Made by a program: the position numbers and the translations under genes
In this document: positions 55,697-64,000 of the stretch, piece after piece
Numbering within the stretch: the first letter of the stretch is position 1
How the letters are laid out: each line of letters opens with the position of its first letter
The notes under the pieces: model-generated
Told to the model about the DNA's origin: nothing
What the model saw: the letters and a program-made list of their open reading frames with translations, nothing else
Databases searched by the model: none
Assembly: GCA_947625015.1 (NCBI GenBank)
Contig: CANQMR010000001.1
Span: 99,624 to 163,623 of the forward strand
Origin: an uncultured Lachnospiraceae bacterium
GTDB taxonomy: Bacteria; Bacillota; Clostridia; Lachnospirales; Lachnospiraceae
DNA: 64,000 bases
Direction: 5' to 3'

Positions 55697-56381
55697 ATAC
55701 ACCAAAACCGGCAATTTCAAATTTATCGGCCACTTAGACCTAATGCGCTACTTCCAGAAGGCGGTGAAACGGGCAGGGCTGGACATCGCCTATTCCAAGG
55801 GCTATAGCCCTCACCAGATGATGTCCTTTGCCGCGCCTTTGGCGCTTGGCGTCACCAGTGAGGGCGAGTATTTTGATGCGCAATTTAATACGCTTGTCTC
55901 CTCGGACGAGTTCGTGAGACGATTAAATGCGCAGATGACGGAAGGCGTGGAGGTGCGGGACGTTATTTTACTGCCGGAAAAGGCAAAAAATTCCATGTCC
56001 TTAGTCGCCGCCTCCGATTACCATGTAACCCCTGTGCAGGGATTTCTGGAAGAGGAGTGGGACAGGCTTTTGCGGGGAGCCGGGAAGCTATTGGAACAGG
56101 AGCAGATTGAGATATTGCGAAAGACCAAAAAAAGCGAAAAGGTCGAGGATATCCGGAAGGGCATATATAAGCTGTATGCCGACGGGAATCAGTTGTATAT
56201 GCTGTTGGCAGCCGGAAGCGAGTATAACTTAAAGCCGGAGCTGGTGACAGAGGCGCTTTGCGGATTTTTGTCCATTCCCTATAACCGGGCGGCGTATCAG
56301 GTCCACAGATTGGAAACTTATATGAAAAATGAGGAAGGAGCGCTGGTCTCCCTGTTGGAGAGCGGTACTAAGATACAATGA
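55680..56381 (+). CDS. TIGR03936 (DUF2344) radical SAM-associated protein
   Basis: MTVRIKYTKTGNFKFIGHLDLMRYFQKAVKRAG... pattern. The ATG overlaps the upstream gene by 17 nt. Confidence 0.75.
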   Translation: MTVRIKYTKTGNFKFIGHLDLMRYFQKAVKRAGLDIAYSKGYSPHQMMSFAAPLALGVTSEGEYFDAQFNTLVSSDEFVRRLNAQMTEGVEVRDVILLPEKAKNSMSLVAASDYHVTPVQGFLEEEWDRLLRGAGKLLEQEQIEILRKTKKSEKVEDIRKGIYKLYADGNQLYMLLAAGSEYNLKPELVTEALCGFLSIPYNRAAYQVHRLETYMKNEEGALVSLLESGTKIQ

Positions 56382-57637
56382 ATCAGGCGGTAATCACACA
56401 ATTTAAGGGCAGGCAGTTTCTCCTGATTTATGAGGAGGGCGTTTTAGCGGAGTGCCACCCCCTGCCGACAGAGGGCAGCATAAGGGTTGGCGACATTTAC
56501 ATCGGACGGGTGGAAAAGGTAGTGAAAAATATCAATTCGGCCTTTATCCGTTTGGATTGTGACCATACCGGTTATCTCCCCCTTGACGGGGAACCCGCAT
56601 TTATGCTTAATCGGTTTCTCCCCAAAGGGCTGCCGTCCATTGCGGAAAGCGATAAGATTCTTGTCCAGGTAACGCAGGAGCCCCAGAAGGCCAAGCAGGC
56701 CAGAGTGACCGGCAATATCAGCCTGGGGGGAAAATACATTGCCCTGAATTTAAAAAACAGAGCCATAGGGGTATCAAAGAAAATAACGGACAAGGCAAAA
56801 AGCACAGAATTAAAACGCCTGCTTTTGGAGCGGGAGAAAGAAGGAGTACCCTTATTTTCCGGTATCCGTCTGCCCCGGATGGACTTTTTCACCGGAGTGG
56901 ATTTTCCGGAAGGAAAGGACAAAGTCCTGATGCCCGGCTGCATTTTCCGCACAGCCTGTGAGTGGGCGGAGAACGAGGAGATTATCAGCGAATATGAAAG
57001 CCTTTGTGAAAGTCTGGAGACTTTGCTTAACAGGGCTTTTTACGAAAAGTCCACAGGTTGTATCAGAAAAGGAGAGCCGGAATATCTGGCAATTCTTAAA
57101 GAGTACGGATTGGACCGCATAGACGAAGTGAAGACAGACCTGCCGGAGGTGGCGGAGACGCTCAAAACGGCGTGGGGACAGGTGGTCTTATATGAGGAAA
57201 AGGAGGATTCGCTTTCCAGGCAGCTTGGCTTGGAAACGGAACTTAGACGGCTGTCAGGTAAAAAGGTATGGCTGAAATCCGGCGGCTTTTTGATTATCGA
57301 ACCTACCGAAGCCATGGTGGTGATTGATGTAAATTCCGGCAAGTCCGTCGGCAGGAAAAACAAGGCCCGCCATATCTTAGAGACCAATTTAGAGGCGGCC
57401 TGTGAGATTACAAGGCAGCTAAGGCTTCGGAATCTTTCCGGCATCATCATGATTGATTTTATTAACATGGAATCGGATGAGGACAGAAATAAGCTGGTTT
57501 CCTGCCTTCAACAGGGATTGAAACAGGATAAGGTTCCGGCGTATTTCATCGATATTACCGGGCTTGAGCTTTATGAGCTCACCCGCAAGAAGGTGCGGCG
57601 GCCCCTGCACGAGGCCTTAGAGGGACTTTTGTATTAA
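56378..57637 (+). CDS. Rne/Rng family ribonuclease (RNase G-like)
   Basis: N-terminal S1-like GDIYIGRVEKV, catalytic VIDVNSGK segment. ATGA overlap with the upstream stop. Confidence 0.85.
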   Translation: MNQAVITQFKGRQFLLIYEEGVLAECHPLPTEGSIRVGDIYIGRVEKVVKNINSAFIRLDCDHTGYLPLDGEPAFMLNRFLPKGLPSIAESDKILVQVTQEPQKAKQARVTGNISLGGKYIALNLKNRAIGVSKKITDKAKSTELKRLLLEREKEGVPLFSGIRLPRMDFFTGVDFPEGKDKVLMPGCIFRTACEWAENEEIISEYESLCESLETLLNRAFYEKSTGCIRKGEPEYLAILKEYGLDRIDEVKTDLPEVAETLKTAWGQVVLYEEKEDSLSRQLGLETELRRLSGKKVWLKSGGFLIIEPTEAMVVIDVNSGKSVGRKNKARHILETNLEAACEITRQLRLRNLSGIIMIDFINMESDEDRNKLVSCLQQGLKQDKVPAYFIDITGLELYELTRKKVRRPLHEALEGLLY

Positions 57638-57709
57638 CTTTTTCTTGACTTTTTAAACATGGTGTATCATATTTATATAAAATAATTACAATCAAGGAGA
57701 TGAGACAGT

Positions 57710-59533
57710 ATGAGGAATAACCAGCATTTTCATAGTATGGGATTGTTTCTGGCAACATTTATTATTTCTGTATGCCTGTCCTGTTATGGCGGGGCCGGAC
57801 GGGCGTATGCGGCGGGAGAGTCTCAGTACGCCACCTATACCGGCAATAATGTCGAGGCGCAGGATTATTCTACCTGGTCCCAGACGGTAAACTCTTATTT
57901 AACCAATACGGCGGGAGGATATATGCGTCTACAGGCAGGAATAGACGATAAGTCAAAATCCGGTTATCTGGTGGAGTATTACGATACGGCCTATCATTTG
58001 CTGCGCACTATGTGGGTGCCGCAGGAACTGCCAATTTGGGGAGCCTTCTATGAGACAGAAGATCATTATTATATCCTGTCCGGACAGGAAAATCCCAATG
58101 AGTCGAATGATGTCGAAGTTTACAGGATTACCCAGTATGACAAAGGATGGAATCGGATTAACTCCTGTTCTTTATATGGGGCTAACACATCTATGCCTTT
58201 TGACGCAGGTTCTGCCCGGATGACACACAGCGGCAATCAGCTTGTAATCCTTACCTGCCATGAGATGTATGCATCAGAAGACGGCTACAACCATCAGGCT
58301 AATGTAATAATACAAGTGGATACATCTGATATGAAAATTGTTGGGTCATACACAGAAGTTATGAATATAGGTTACGGTTACGTCAGTCACTCCTTTAATC
58401 AGTTTGTAGGCATAGATACGGATGGACATATAGTTGCTATCAATCATGGCGATGCATACCCAAGGGGTATTGCCTGGGTTAAATATCCCAAGGCGGTATC
58501 TGAAGGTTTTAGCTATAGGGGATGCAATTTTGATACTTTGGTTTCCTTTACCGGCGAGACAGGCGACAATTCCACAGGAGCTTCCGTAGGCGGTTTTGCC
58601 ATCTCTGATTCCGCTTATATTGTGGCCGGAAACCAGAATAAAGCGGATATTTATGACGACGAGGGAAGGAATATATTTGTTGTATCGAAAAGCAAAGCTA
58701 CAGGCGAGGTTGTCTATAGACAGATTACGAACTATCCTGCCGGAAAAGGCGCTTCCACGCCCCATTTGGTTTCCATTGCGGCTAACTGTTATCTGTTATT
58801 GTGGAGCCAGGGAAACAAAGTGCATTACACTGAAATAGACGGTATGGGACAGCAGATCGGCACGATTTATGATTTGGCCGGGAATCTGTCAGACTGCGCC
58901 CCGATTGTAGGTAATGGAAAAATCATATGGTATACATGTGATGAACATAAAAGGACGTTTTATGAGATTGACGCTGCCAACCTGTCTGTAACCCATACCT
59001 ATTCAAAGGCAATACCAGCAGAAAAGGGAGAAATATTTTTTGTGAAGAAGGTTAAGGCCATAGTAAAGGTAACATCTGATAATACGGCTAACCCCACTGT
59101 ACAGTATGTTGAAAGGACGGACAAGTCTAAGAAGGTGAAAGTGCCGGATGAAGTGACCTATGAAGGAGTGACTTACAAGGTAACTTCTGTGGGCAAAGGC
59201 GCTTTTACATGGGATAGGAAACTGACTACCGTCACCGTTGGCAAAAATGTGAAATCTATTGGCAAAAACGCCTTTGCAGGCTGTCCTAATTTGAAATCTG
59301 TCACTATACGCTCAACTAAACTTACCAAGATTGACTCCAACGCATTTAGAGATGATCCGAAACTGACAAAGATTACCTTAAAGACGAAAATACTTAAGAA
59401 AAAATCCATCGGCAAGAATGTTCTAAAAGGAACCAGCCAAAAGTTAAAGATTAAGGTTCCGAAGGAAATGGTAAAGAAGTATAAGAAGTATTTCAAGGGA
59501 AAGGGAAATAAGAACGTGAAAGTGACAAAATAA
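57710..59533 (+). CDS. secreted BspA-type leucine-rich-repeat protein with a large N-terminal beta-rich domain
   Basis: Signal peptide ...GRAYA/AGE. C-terminal LRR_5-like units (VTSVGKGAF..., VKSIGKNAFAGCPNLKSV..., IDSNAF...). Lys-rich tail and no LPXTG. Confidence 0.75.
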   Translation: MRNNQHFHSMGLFLATFIISVCLSCYGGAGRAYAAGESQYATYTGNNVEAQDYSTWSQTVNSYLTNTAGGYMRLQAGIDDKSKSGYLVEYYDTAYHLLRTMWVPQELPIWGAFYETEDHYYILSGQENPNESNDVEVYRITQYDKGWNRINSCSLYGANTSMPFDAGSARMTHSGNQLVILTCHEMYASEDGYNHQANVIIQVDTSDMKIVGSYTEVMNIGYGYVSHSFNQFVGIDTDGHIVAINHGDAYPRGIAWVKYPKAVSEGFSYRGCNFDTLVSFTGETGDNSTGASVGGFAISDSAYIVAGNQNKADIYDDEGRNIFVVSKSKATGEVVYRQITNYPAGKGASTPHLVSIAANCYLLLWSQGNKVHYTEIDGMGQQIGTIYDLAGNLSDCAPIVGNGKIIWYTCDEHKRTFYEIDAANLSVTHTYSKAIPAEKGEIFFVKKVKAIVKVTSDNTANPTVQYVERTDKSKKVKVPDEVTYEGVTYKVTSVGKGAFTWDRKLTTVTVGKNVKSIGKNAFAGCPNLKSVTIRSTKLTKIDSNAFRDDPKLTKITLKTKILKKKSIGKNVLKGTSQKLKIKVPKEMVKKYKKYFKGKGNKNVKVTK

Positions 59534-59565
59534 CGGAAACTATGGGAAAAAGAAGAAAAAAATGT

Positions 59566-59594
59566 TTGACAATCCCCCATCTTTTTGTTAATAT
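59566..59594 (+). promoter_or_regulatory. sigma-A promoter TTGACA-17-TAATAT for the rplU operon
   Basis: -35 at 59566-59571, -10 at 59589-59594. Confidence 0.65.
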
Positions 59595-59599
59595 GTTCT

Positions 59600-59682
59600 A
59601 GTGTGCCGCACAGGGAGGCCGAAGTGTGTCTTTTGATAGACACCGCCGAACCTGGCGAGTAATGATAATAGGAGGTAACCAT
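59600..59682 (+). promoter_or_regulatory. possible ribosomal protein L21 leader
   Basis: An ~85-nt 5' UTR between the promoter and rplU with hairpin GTGTGTC-N8-GACAC. L21 leaders are known upstream of rplU in Firmicutes, but I could not match this one to the consensus. Confidence 0.35.
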
Positions 59683-59988
59683 ATGTACGCGATTATTGCA
59701 ACAGGTGGCAAGCAGTACAAGGTAGCTGAAGGTGATATCATTAAAGTAGAAAAGCTGAACGCAGAAGCTGGTTCTGAAGTGAAATTTGATGTTATTGCTG
59801 TTAGCAGCGACAAGGGCTTATTATGTGGCGAAGAAGTGGCAAACGCAAGCGTTTCCGCCAATGTAATCGGCAATGGTAAGGGTAAGAAAGTCGTTGTTTA
59901 TAAGTATAAGAGAAAAACCGGCTATCACAAAAAGCAGGGTCACAGACAGCCCTTTACCAAGGTTGAGATTAAAGCAATCAATGCTTAG
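59683..59988 (+). CDS. rplU: 50S ribosomal protein L21
   Basis: MYAIIATGGKQYKV start. GGAGG lies 7 nt upstream. Confidence 0.95.
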   Translation: MYAIIATGGKQYKVAEGDIIKVEKLNAEAGSEVKFDVIAVSSDKGLLCGEEVANASVSANVIGNGKGKKVVVYKYKRKTGYHKKQGHRQPFTKVEIKAINA

Positions 59989-59997
59989 GAAAAGGCC

Positions 59998-60324
59998 ATG
60001 ATTACTGTCACTGTATTGAACAAGAATGAGAAGATAGTCGGCGTCCAGTTAGAAGGACACGCCGAATTTGGCAAAAAAGGAAAGGATATTGTGTGTAGTG
60101 CGGTATCCATTTTATACATCAACCTGGTAAATTCCATAGAGAATTTTACGGATGAGGAGATGGAGACAAACGGAAGCAGTAAGATTAACTTCCAGAATGT
60201 CATGTTAAAGAATATGCCCGGCAGGGATGCGGAACTTTTATTTCAGTCCTTTCTGCTTGGGATCACTACAATTGAGCAGAAGTATGGTAAGAAGTACATT
60301 GTAATTTTGAATCAGGAGGTGTAA
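59998..60324 (+). CDS. prp: ribosomal-processing cysteine protease Prp
   Basis: 108 aa between rplU and rpmA. GHA...DIVCSAVS catalytic His/Cys pattern. Confidence 0.85.
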   Translation: MITVTVLNKNEKIVGVQLEGHAEFGKKGKDIVCSAVSILYINLVNSIENFTDEEMETNGSSKINFQNVMLKNMPGRDAELLFQSFLLGITTIEQKYGKKYIVILNQEV

Positions 60325-60327
60325 TAC

Positions 60328-60618
60328 ATGTTAAAGCTCAACCTTCAGTTATTCGCTCATAAAAAGGGTATGGGTTCTACCAAGAACGGCAGAGATTCCG
60401 AATCCAAGAGATTAGGCGCGAAGAGAGCAGATGGTCAGTTCGTTAAGGCAGGCAATATTTTATATAGACAGCGCGGAACGAAGATTCATCCGGGCGTTAA
60501 TGTGGGCAGAGGGAAAGATGATACCCTGTTTGCATTAGTCGACGGTGTTGTCCGCTATGAGAGAAAGGGAAGAGATAAGAAGCAGGTTTCTATCTACCCA
60601 GTGTCCGTTAACGAATAG
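60328..60618 (+). CDS. rpmA: 50S ribosomal protein L27 (with a Prp-cleaved N-terminal extension)
   Basis: [24 protein letters not shown]. The extension ending in FA is typical of Firmicutes. Confidence 0.95.
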   Translation: MLKLNLQLFAHKKGMGSTKNGRDSESKRLGAKRADGQFVKAGNILYRQRGTKIHPGVNVGRGKDDTLFALVDGVVRYERKGRDKKQVSIYPVSVNE

Positions 60619-60632
60619 GATAATGTATGTTA

Positions 60633-60661
60633 AGACCGGAGTTGTTGCTCCGGTCTTTTTG
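60633..60661 (+). terminator. rho-independent terminator between rpmA and obg
   Basis: AGACCGGAG-TTGTTG-CTCCGGTCT followed by TTTT. It ends 18 nt before the obg ATG. Confidence 0.8.
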
Positions 60662-60678
60662 CAGGATAGGAGTTTATT

Positions 60679-61968
60679 ATGTTTGCAGACAGAGCAAAGA
60701 TATTTATCCGCTCCGGAAAGGGCGGCGACGGTCATGTCAGCTTCCGCCGGGAGTTATATGTACCTGCGGGCGGGCCGGACGGCGGCGACGGCGGCAAGGG
60801 CGGCGACGTCGTCTTTGTCGTAGATGAAGGGCTTAACAACCTGAATGATTTCCGGAATGTGCGGAAATACTGCGCAGGAGACGGAAAAGAGGGCAACAAG
60901 AGAAGACAGCATGGCGCCAGCGGCGCAGATATTATCTTAAAGGTACCGCCGGGAACGGTAATCAAGGATTTTGAGAGCGGCAAGGTCATCATGGATATGG
61001 CTGACAAAAAAGAGCCTGTGGTGATTTTAAAGGGCGGAAGAGGCGGGAACGGCAATATGCATTACGCCACCTCCACTATGCAGGCTCCCAAGTACGCCCA
61101 GCCGGGGCAGCCTGCCCAGGAGCTTTATGTGACGTTGGAGTTAAAGGTAATTGCCGACGTGGGGCTGGTAGGCTTTCCAAATGTGGGCAAATCCACCCTG
61201 TTATCCCATGTCACCAACGCCCAGCCTAAGATTGCCAATTATCATTTCACCACCTTAAACCCCAATTTAGGCGTAGTGGATTTAGGGGACGGCGCAGGCT
61301 TTGTCATTGCGGATATCCCCGGCATTATCGAGGGAGCCAGCGAAGGCGTTGGATTAGGACTTCAATTCTTAAGGCATATCGAGCGGACCAAGGTGCTGCT
61401 CCATGTAGTTGACGGAGCCTCTGTAGAAGGCAGGGACCCGATTAACGACATTTATGCGATTTTAGAGGAACTGAAAAAATATAATATCGAGATTACCAGC
61501 CGCCCTATGGTCATTGCCGCCAATAAGATGGACGCCATGGACGAGACCGGAAGGGAGACGGTGCTTGCGCTTTTGCGGGAGGAATTTGAGCCGCAGGGAA
61601 TGAAGGTGTTTCCTATTTCCGCCGTATCCGGCGAGGGCTTAAAGGAACTGCTCTGGCATCTGCATGAGCTGGTGCAAAATGCTCCGAAGGACATTATAGA
61701 GTTTGAACCGGAATACACGCCCTCATTTGATGTATCGGATGAGCCTTTTACAGTGGAACAGGACCCGGAGGACGCGCACATTTTTTATGTGGAAGGGCCA
61801 AAGGTGGAGAAAATGTTGGGCTATACCAATTTAGATTCGGAAAAAGGCTTTCATTTCTTCCAGAAATTTATGACCGATAACGGTATTATAGACGCCCTGA
61901 AAGCCTTGGGCATGGAAGAGGGCGATACCGTCTGCATAGGAGATATTGACTTCGAATACCTTGAATAA
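60679..61968 (+). CDS. obg: GTPase Obg
   Basis: Glycine-rich Obg fold (GGDGG, GGKGG), G1 GFPNVGKST, G3 DIPGI, and a C-terminal OCT domain. Confidence 0.95.
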   Translation: MFADRAKIFIRSGKGGDGHVSFRRELYVPAGGPDGGDGGKGGDVVFVVDEGLNNLNDFRNVRKYCAGDGKEGNKRRQHGASGADIILKVPPGTVIKDFESGKVIMDMADKKEPVVILKGGRGGNGNMHYATSTMQAPKYAQPGQPAQELYVTLELKVIADVGLVGFPNVGKSTLLSHVTNAQPKIANYHFTTLNPNLGVVDLGDGAGFVIADIPGIIEGASEGVGLGLQFLRHIERTKVLLHVVDGASVEGRDPINDIYAILEELKKYNIEITSRPMVIAANKMDAMDETGRETVLALLREEFEPQGMKVFPISAVSGEGLKELLWHLHELVQNAPKDIIEFEPEYTPSFDVSDEPFTVEQDPEDAHIFYVEGPKVEKMLGYTNLDSEKGFHFFQKFMTDNGIIDALKALGMEEGDTVCIGDIDFEYLE

Positions 61969-62043
61969 ACGCAGATTTCGAGCGGAGCGTTCATTCAAAG
62001 GTTTTCTTGCGAAACGTTCATTCAAAAGGAAGGAGAGGAAACG

Positions 62044-62331
62044 ATGACGAGTAAACAGCGAGCCTATTTAAAGGGCCTTGCCATGACCATGGATCCGATT
62101 ATCAATATAGGAAAATCCGGCGTCACGCCGGAGCTGGTTGCCTCTGTGGACGAAGCAATCACAAAGCGGGAACTGATTAAACTCAGCGTGCTGAAAAACT
62201 GTATGGAGGATCCAAAGGAATTAGCGGAGACAGTCGCCGGACGCACAAAGTCCCAGGTGGTACAGGTAATTGGCAAAAAGATTGTATTATACAGAAGAAA
62301 TTCCAAAAAGCCGAAAATTGAACTGCCTTAA
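62044..62331 (+). CDS. yhbY: ribosome assembly RNA-binding protein YhbY (CRM domain)
   Basis: 95 aa. KQRAYLKGLA...INIGKSGVT pattern. Confidence 0.9.
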   Translation: MTSKQRAYLKGLAMTMDPIINIGKSGVTPELVASVDEAITKRELIKLSVLKNCMEDPKELAETVAGRTKSQVVQVIGKKIVLYRRNSKKPKIELP

Positions 62332-62342
62332 AGGAGGAGACT

Positions 62343-62978
62343 ATGGCGCGGATTGGTATTATGGGGGGAACCTTTAATCCCATTCACAATGGACATATCG
62401 GAATTGCAAAAGCTGCTTTTCATCAGTTTTCCCTGGATGAAGTCTGGTTTATGCCCAATCATATACCGGCTTACAAATCAGACAGCGAACTGATTTCCGG
62501 TGAAGACCGGCTTGCCATGGTAAGGCTTGCTATCCGGGACTTTCCTGAATTTAAAGCCTGTGAACTGGAGCTAAAGCGGGAGGGCAAAACCTACACTTAC
62601 CAGACCATGGAACTGTTGAGCGTCAAATACCCGGAACATCGTTTTTTCTTTATTTTAGGCGCTGATTCGCTCTATTATTTTGACAAATGGATACATCCGG
62701 AAGTCATTGTGGAACATGCGGTTATTCTTGCCGCCTGCCGGGAAGGCAGGACGCCGGAAGAGATGAATAAAGAAATTCAACGACTTAACCAGCTGTTTGG
62801 GAAGGAAGCATTTTTTCTGATTGACTGTCCGGAACTTACCTGTTCTTCCAGCCAGATTCGGGAAAAATTCTATAATCTTCAGGGAAATGCATACCTGGCA
62901 AAGGAACTTTCTCCGGAAATTCTGCCGGAAACGGTGAGGGAATATATCATAGCGCACCAATTATATACAGGCAAATAG
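62343..62978 (+). CDS. nadD: nicotinate-nucleotide adenylyltransferase
   Basis: GGTFNPIHNGH nucleotidyltransferase motif. Confidence 0.92.
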   Translation: MARIGIMGGTFNPIHNGHIGIAKAAFHQFSLDEVWFMPNHIPAYKSDSELISGEDRLAMVRLAIRDFPEFKACELELKREGKTYTYQTMELLSVKYPEHRFFFILGADSLYYFDKWIHPEVIVEHAVILAACREGRTPEEMNKEIQRLNQLFGKEAFFLIDCPELTCSSSQIREKFYNLQGNAYLAKELSPEILPETVREYIIAHQLYTGK

Positions 62979-63018
62979 ATTAAGGCTCCTAAATTTTTAC
63001 AAAAAGTATGCGGTTTCA

Positions 63019-63047
63019 TTGAAATTGTGTACTTTTTTTGGTATAAT
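63019..63047 (+). promoter_or_regulatory. consensus sigma-A promoter TTGAAA-17-TGgTATAAT upstream of yqeK
   Basis: -35 at 63019-63024, extended -10 at 63039-63047. Confidence 0.6.
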
Positions 63048-63083
63048 GAACATTGTTTGATTGTTAAAGGACGGACTTGTGAC

Positions 63084-63659
63084 ATGAATCGATTGGAAAT
63101 GCGGGACAAACTGAAAAACAAACTTACGGACAAACGGTTTGAACATTCTTTAGGCGTGGAATATACCGCAGGCACCATGGCGTTTGTATATGGCGTGGAT
63201 TTAGAGAAGGCGCTGACGGCAGGATTATTGCATGACTGTGCCAAATATGTGCCCAATGAGAAGAAGATTCATAAATGTGAAAAGCGCGGCATTCCCATTT
63301 CCCAGTGTGAATACGACAATCCGGAACTGTTACATGCCAAGCTCTCCGCCGTTTATGCCGAAGAAAAGTACGGCGTGACAGATAAGGAGATTTTATCCGC
63401 CATCTGTTACCACACCACAGGCAAACCGGCGATGACGGCTTTAGAGAAGATTATCTATATTGCGGACTACATTGAACCTAACCGCAATATACTGCCGGAG
63501 ATGGAGCAGATACGCCGGGAGGCATATGAGAATCTGGATTTATGTCTTATGCATATTTTGAAGAACTGTGTGCAGTATCTGGGAAAGAAGGGCGCGGCAG
63601 TAGACCCGATTACCCAGCAGACCTATGACTATTACAACAGCTTGATGATAGATTTTTAA
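63084..63659 (+). CDS. yqeK: HD-domain bis(5'-nucleosyl)-tetraphosphatase YqeK
   Basis: RFEHSLGV...LLHDCAK HD motifs and conserved position after nadD. ATG at 63084. Confidence 0.85.
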   Translation: MNRLEMRDKLKNKLTDKRFEHSLGVEYTAGTMAFVYGVDLEKALTAGLLHDCAKYVPNEKKIHKCEKRGIPISQCEYDNPELLHAKLSAVYAEEKYGVTDKEILSAICYHTTGKPAMTALEKIIYIADYIEPNRNILPEMEQIRREAYENLDLCLMHILKNCVQYLGKKGAAVDPITQQTYDYYNSLMIDF

Positions 63660-63678
63660 GAAGAGGAGCCAAAAAGCA

Positions 63679-64000
63679 ATGACCAGCAGGGAGTGTGCAA
63701 AGCTTGCAGTAGCAGGACTTAAGGATAAAAAAGCAAATGATATACGGGTGATTGACATATCAGAGGTTTCTGTTATGGCCGATTATTTCATTATCGCCAG
63801 CGGTACTAACCGCAATCAGGTACAGGCCATGGCGGATAATGTTGAAGAGAAACTTCATGAATCAGGCATAAAGCCCCGTCAGATTGAAGGATACCAGAGC
63901 GCCAACTGGATTTTAATGGATTTTCAGGATGTCATCGTGCATATCTTTAATGAGGAAGACCGCTTATTTTATAATCTGGAAAAAATCTGGCTTGACGGAA
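63679..64000 (+). CDS. rsfS: ribosome silencing factor RsfS (3' end beyond the window)
   Basis: ATG 63679 follows GAGGAG. DYFIIASGTN...WILMDFQDVIVHIF pattern. Not in the ORF track because no stop falls inside the window. Confidence 0.85.
   Translation, partial: MTSRECAKLAVAGLKDKKANDIRVIDISEVSVMADYFIIASGTNRNQVQAMADNVEEKLHESGIKPRQIEGYQSANWILMDFQDVIVHIFNEEDRLFYNLEKIWLDG

Noticed and set aside
1-64000. CRISPR arrays, IS elements or transposases, integrases, prophage or obvious defence-system genes, and rRNA operons
   Set aside because: I scanned the ORF products and intergenic regions. I found no repeat-spacer periodicity, no DDE, tyrosine or serine recombinase motifs, and no restriction, Abi or toxin-antitoxin signatures.

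Overview
This window looks like a chromosomal segment from a spore-forming Clostridia-type Firmicute. That call rests on PolC, Prp-processed L27, SleC and DpaAB; a closer guess (Lachnospiraceae-like) is inference only. I support about 60 protein genes, 2 tRNAs and 1 candidate structured RNA, mostly on the + strand.

Most of the window is conserved housekeeping:
- pyrH-frr-uppS-cdsA-dxr-rseP-ispG-polC
- tRNA-Glu followed by tyrS
- sleC, a citrate synthase, and a divergent formate/nitrite transporter (FNT) and oxalate/formate antiporter-type (OFA) MFS transporter pair
- plsX-rnc-smc-ftsY and ilvA
- ogt, dpaAB, asnB and tRNA-Pro
- an ACT/UPF0210 pair
- a radical-SAM pair followed by rng-(LRR gene)-rplU-prp-rpmA-obg-yhbY-nadD-yqeK-rsfS

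I saw no CRISPR array, IS element, integrase, phage genes or rRNA.

The clearly accessory part is 5.8-9.5 kb. It holds an AgrA/AgrC-like LytTR two-component system with no AgrB/AgrD. A perfect-phase 20-bp tandem direct repeat next to a -35 box follows it, and then a sharply AT-rich three-gene cassette of membrane proteins, the first carrying an HExxH motif. This is my best candidate for an undescribed system.

Other points worth a second look:
- a ~194-nt multi-helix structured element between smc and ftsY, which could be a 6S-like RNA or a repeat element
- a LysR-controlled, translationally coupled operon: small ORF, DUF3737, PatB C-S lyase, cyclophilin-like protein, MATE exporter
- the uncharacterised radical-SAM TIGR03960/TIGR03936 pair coupled to RNase G
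- a BspA-type LRR surface protein inserted in front of the L21 operon
- matching sigma-K-type promoters in front of sleC and dpaAB

All family assignments come from recalled motifs, not from database searches. All coordinates of starts, promoters and hairpins were derived by hand.
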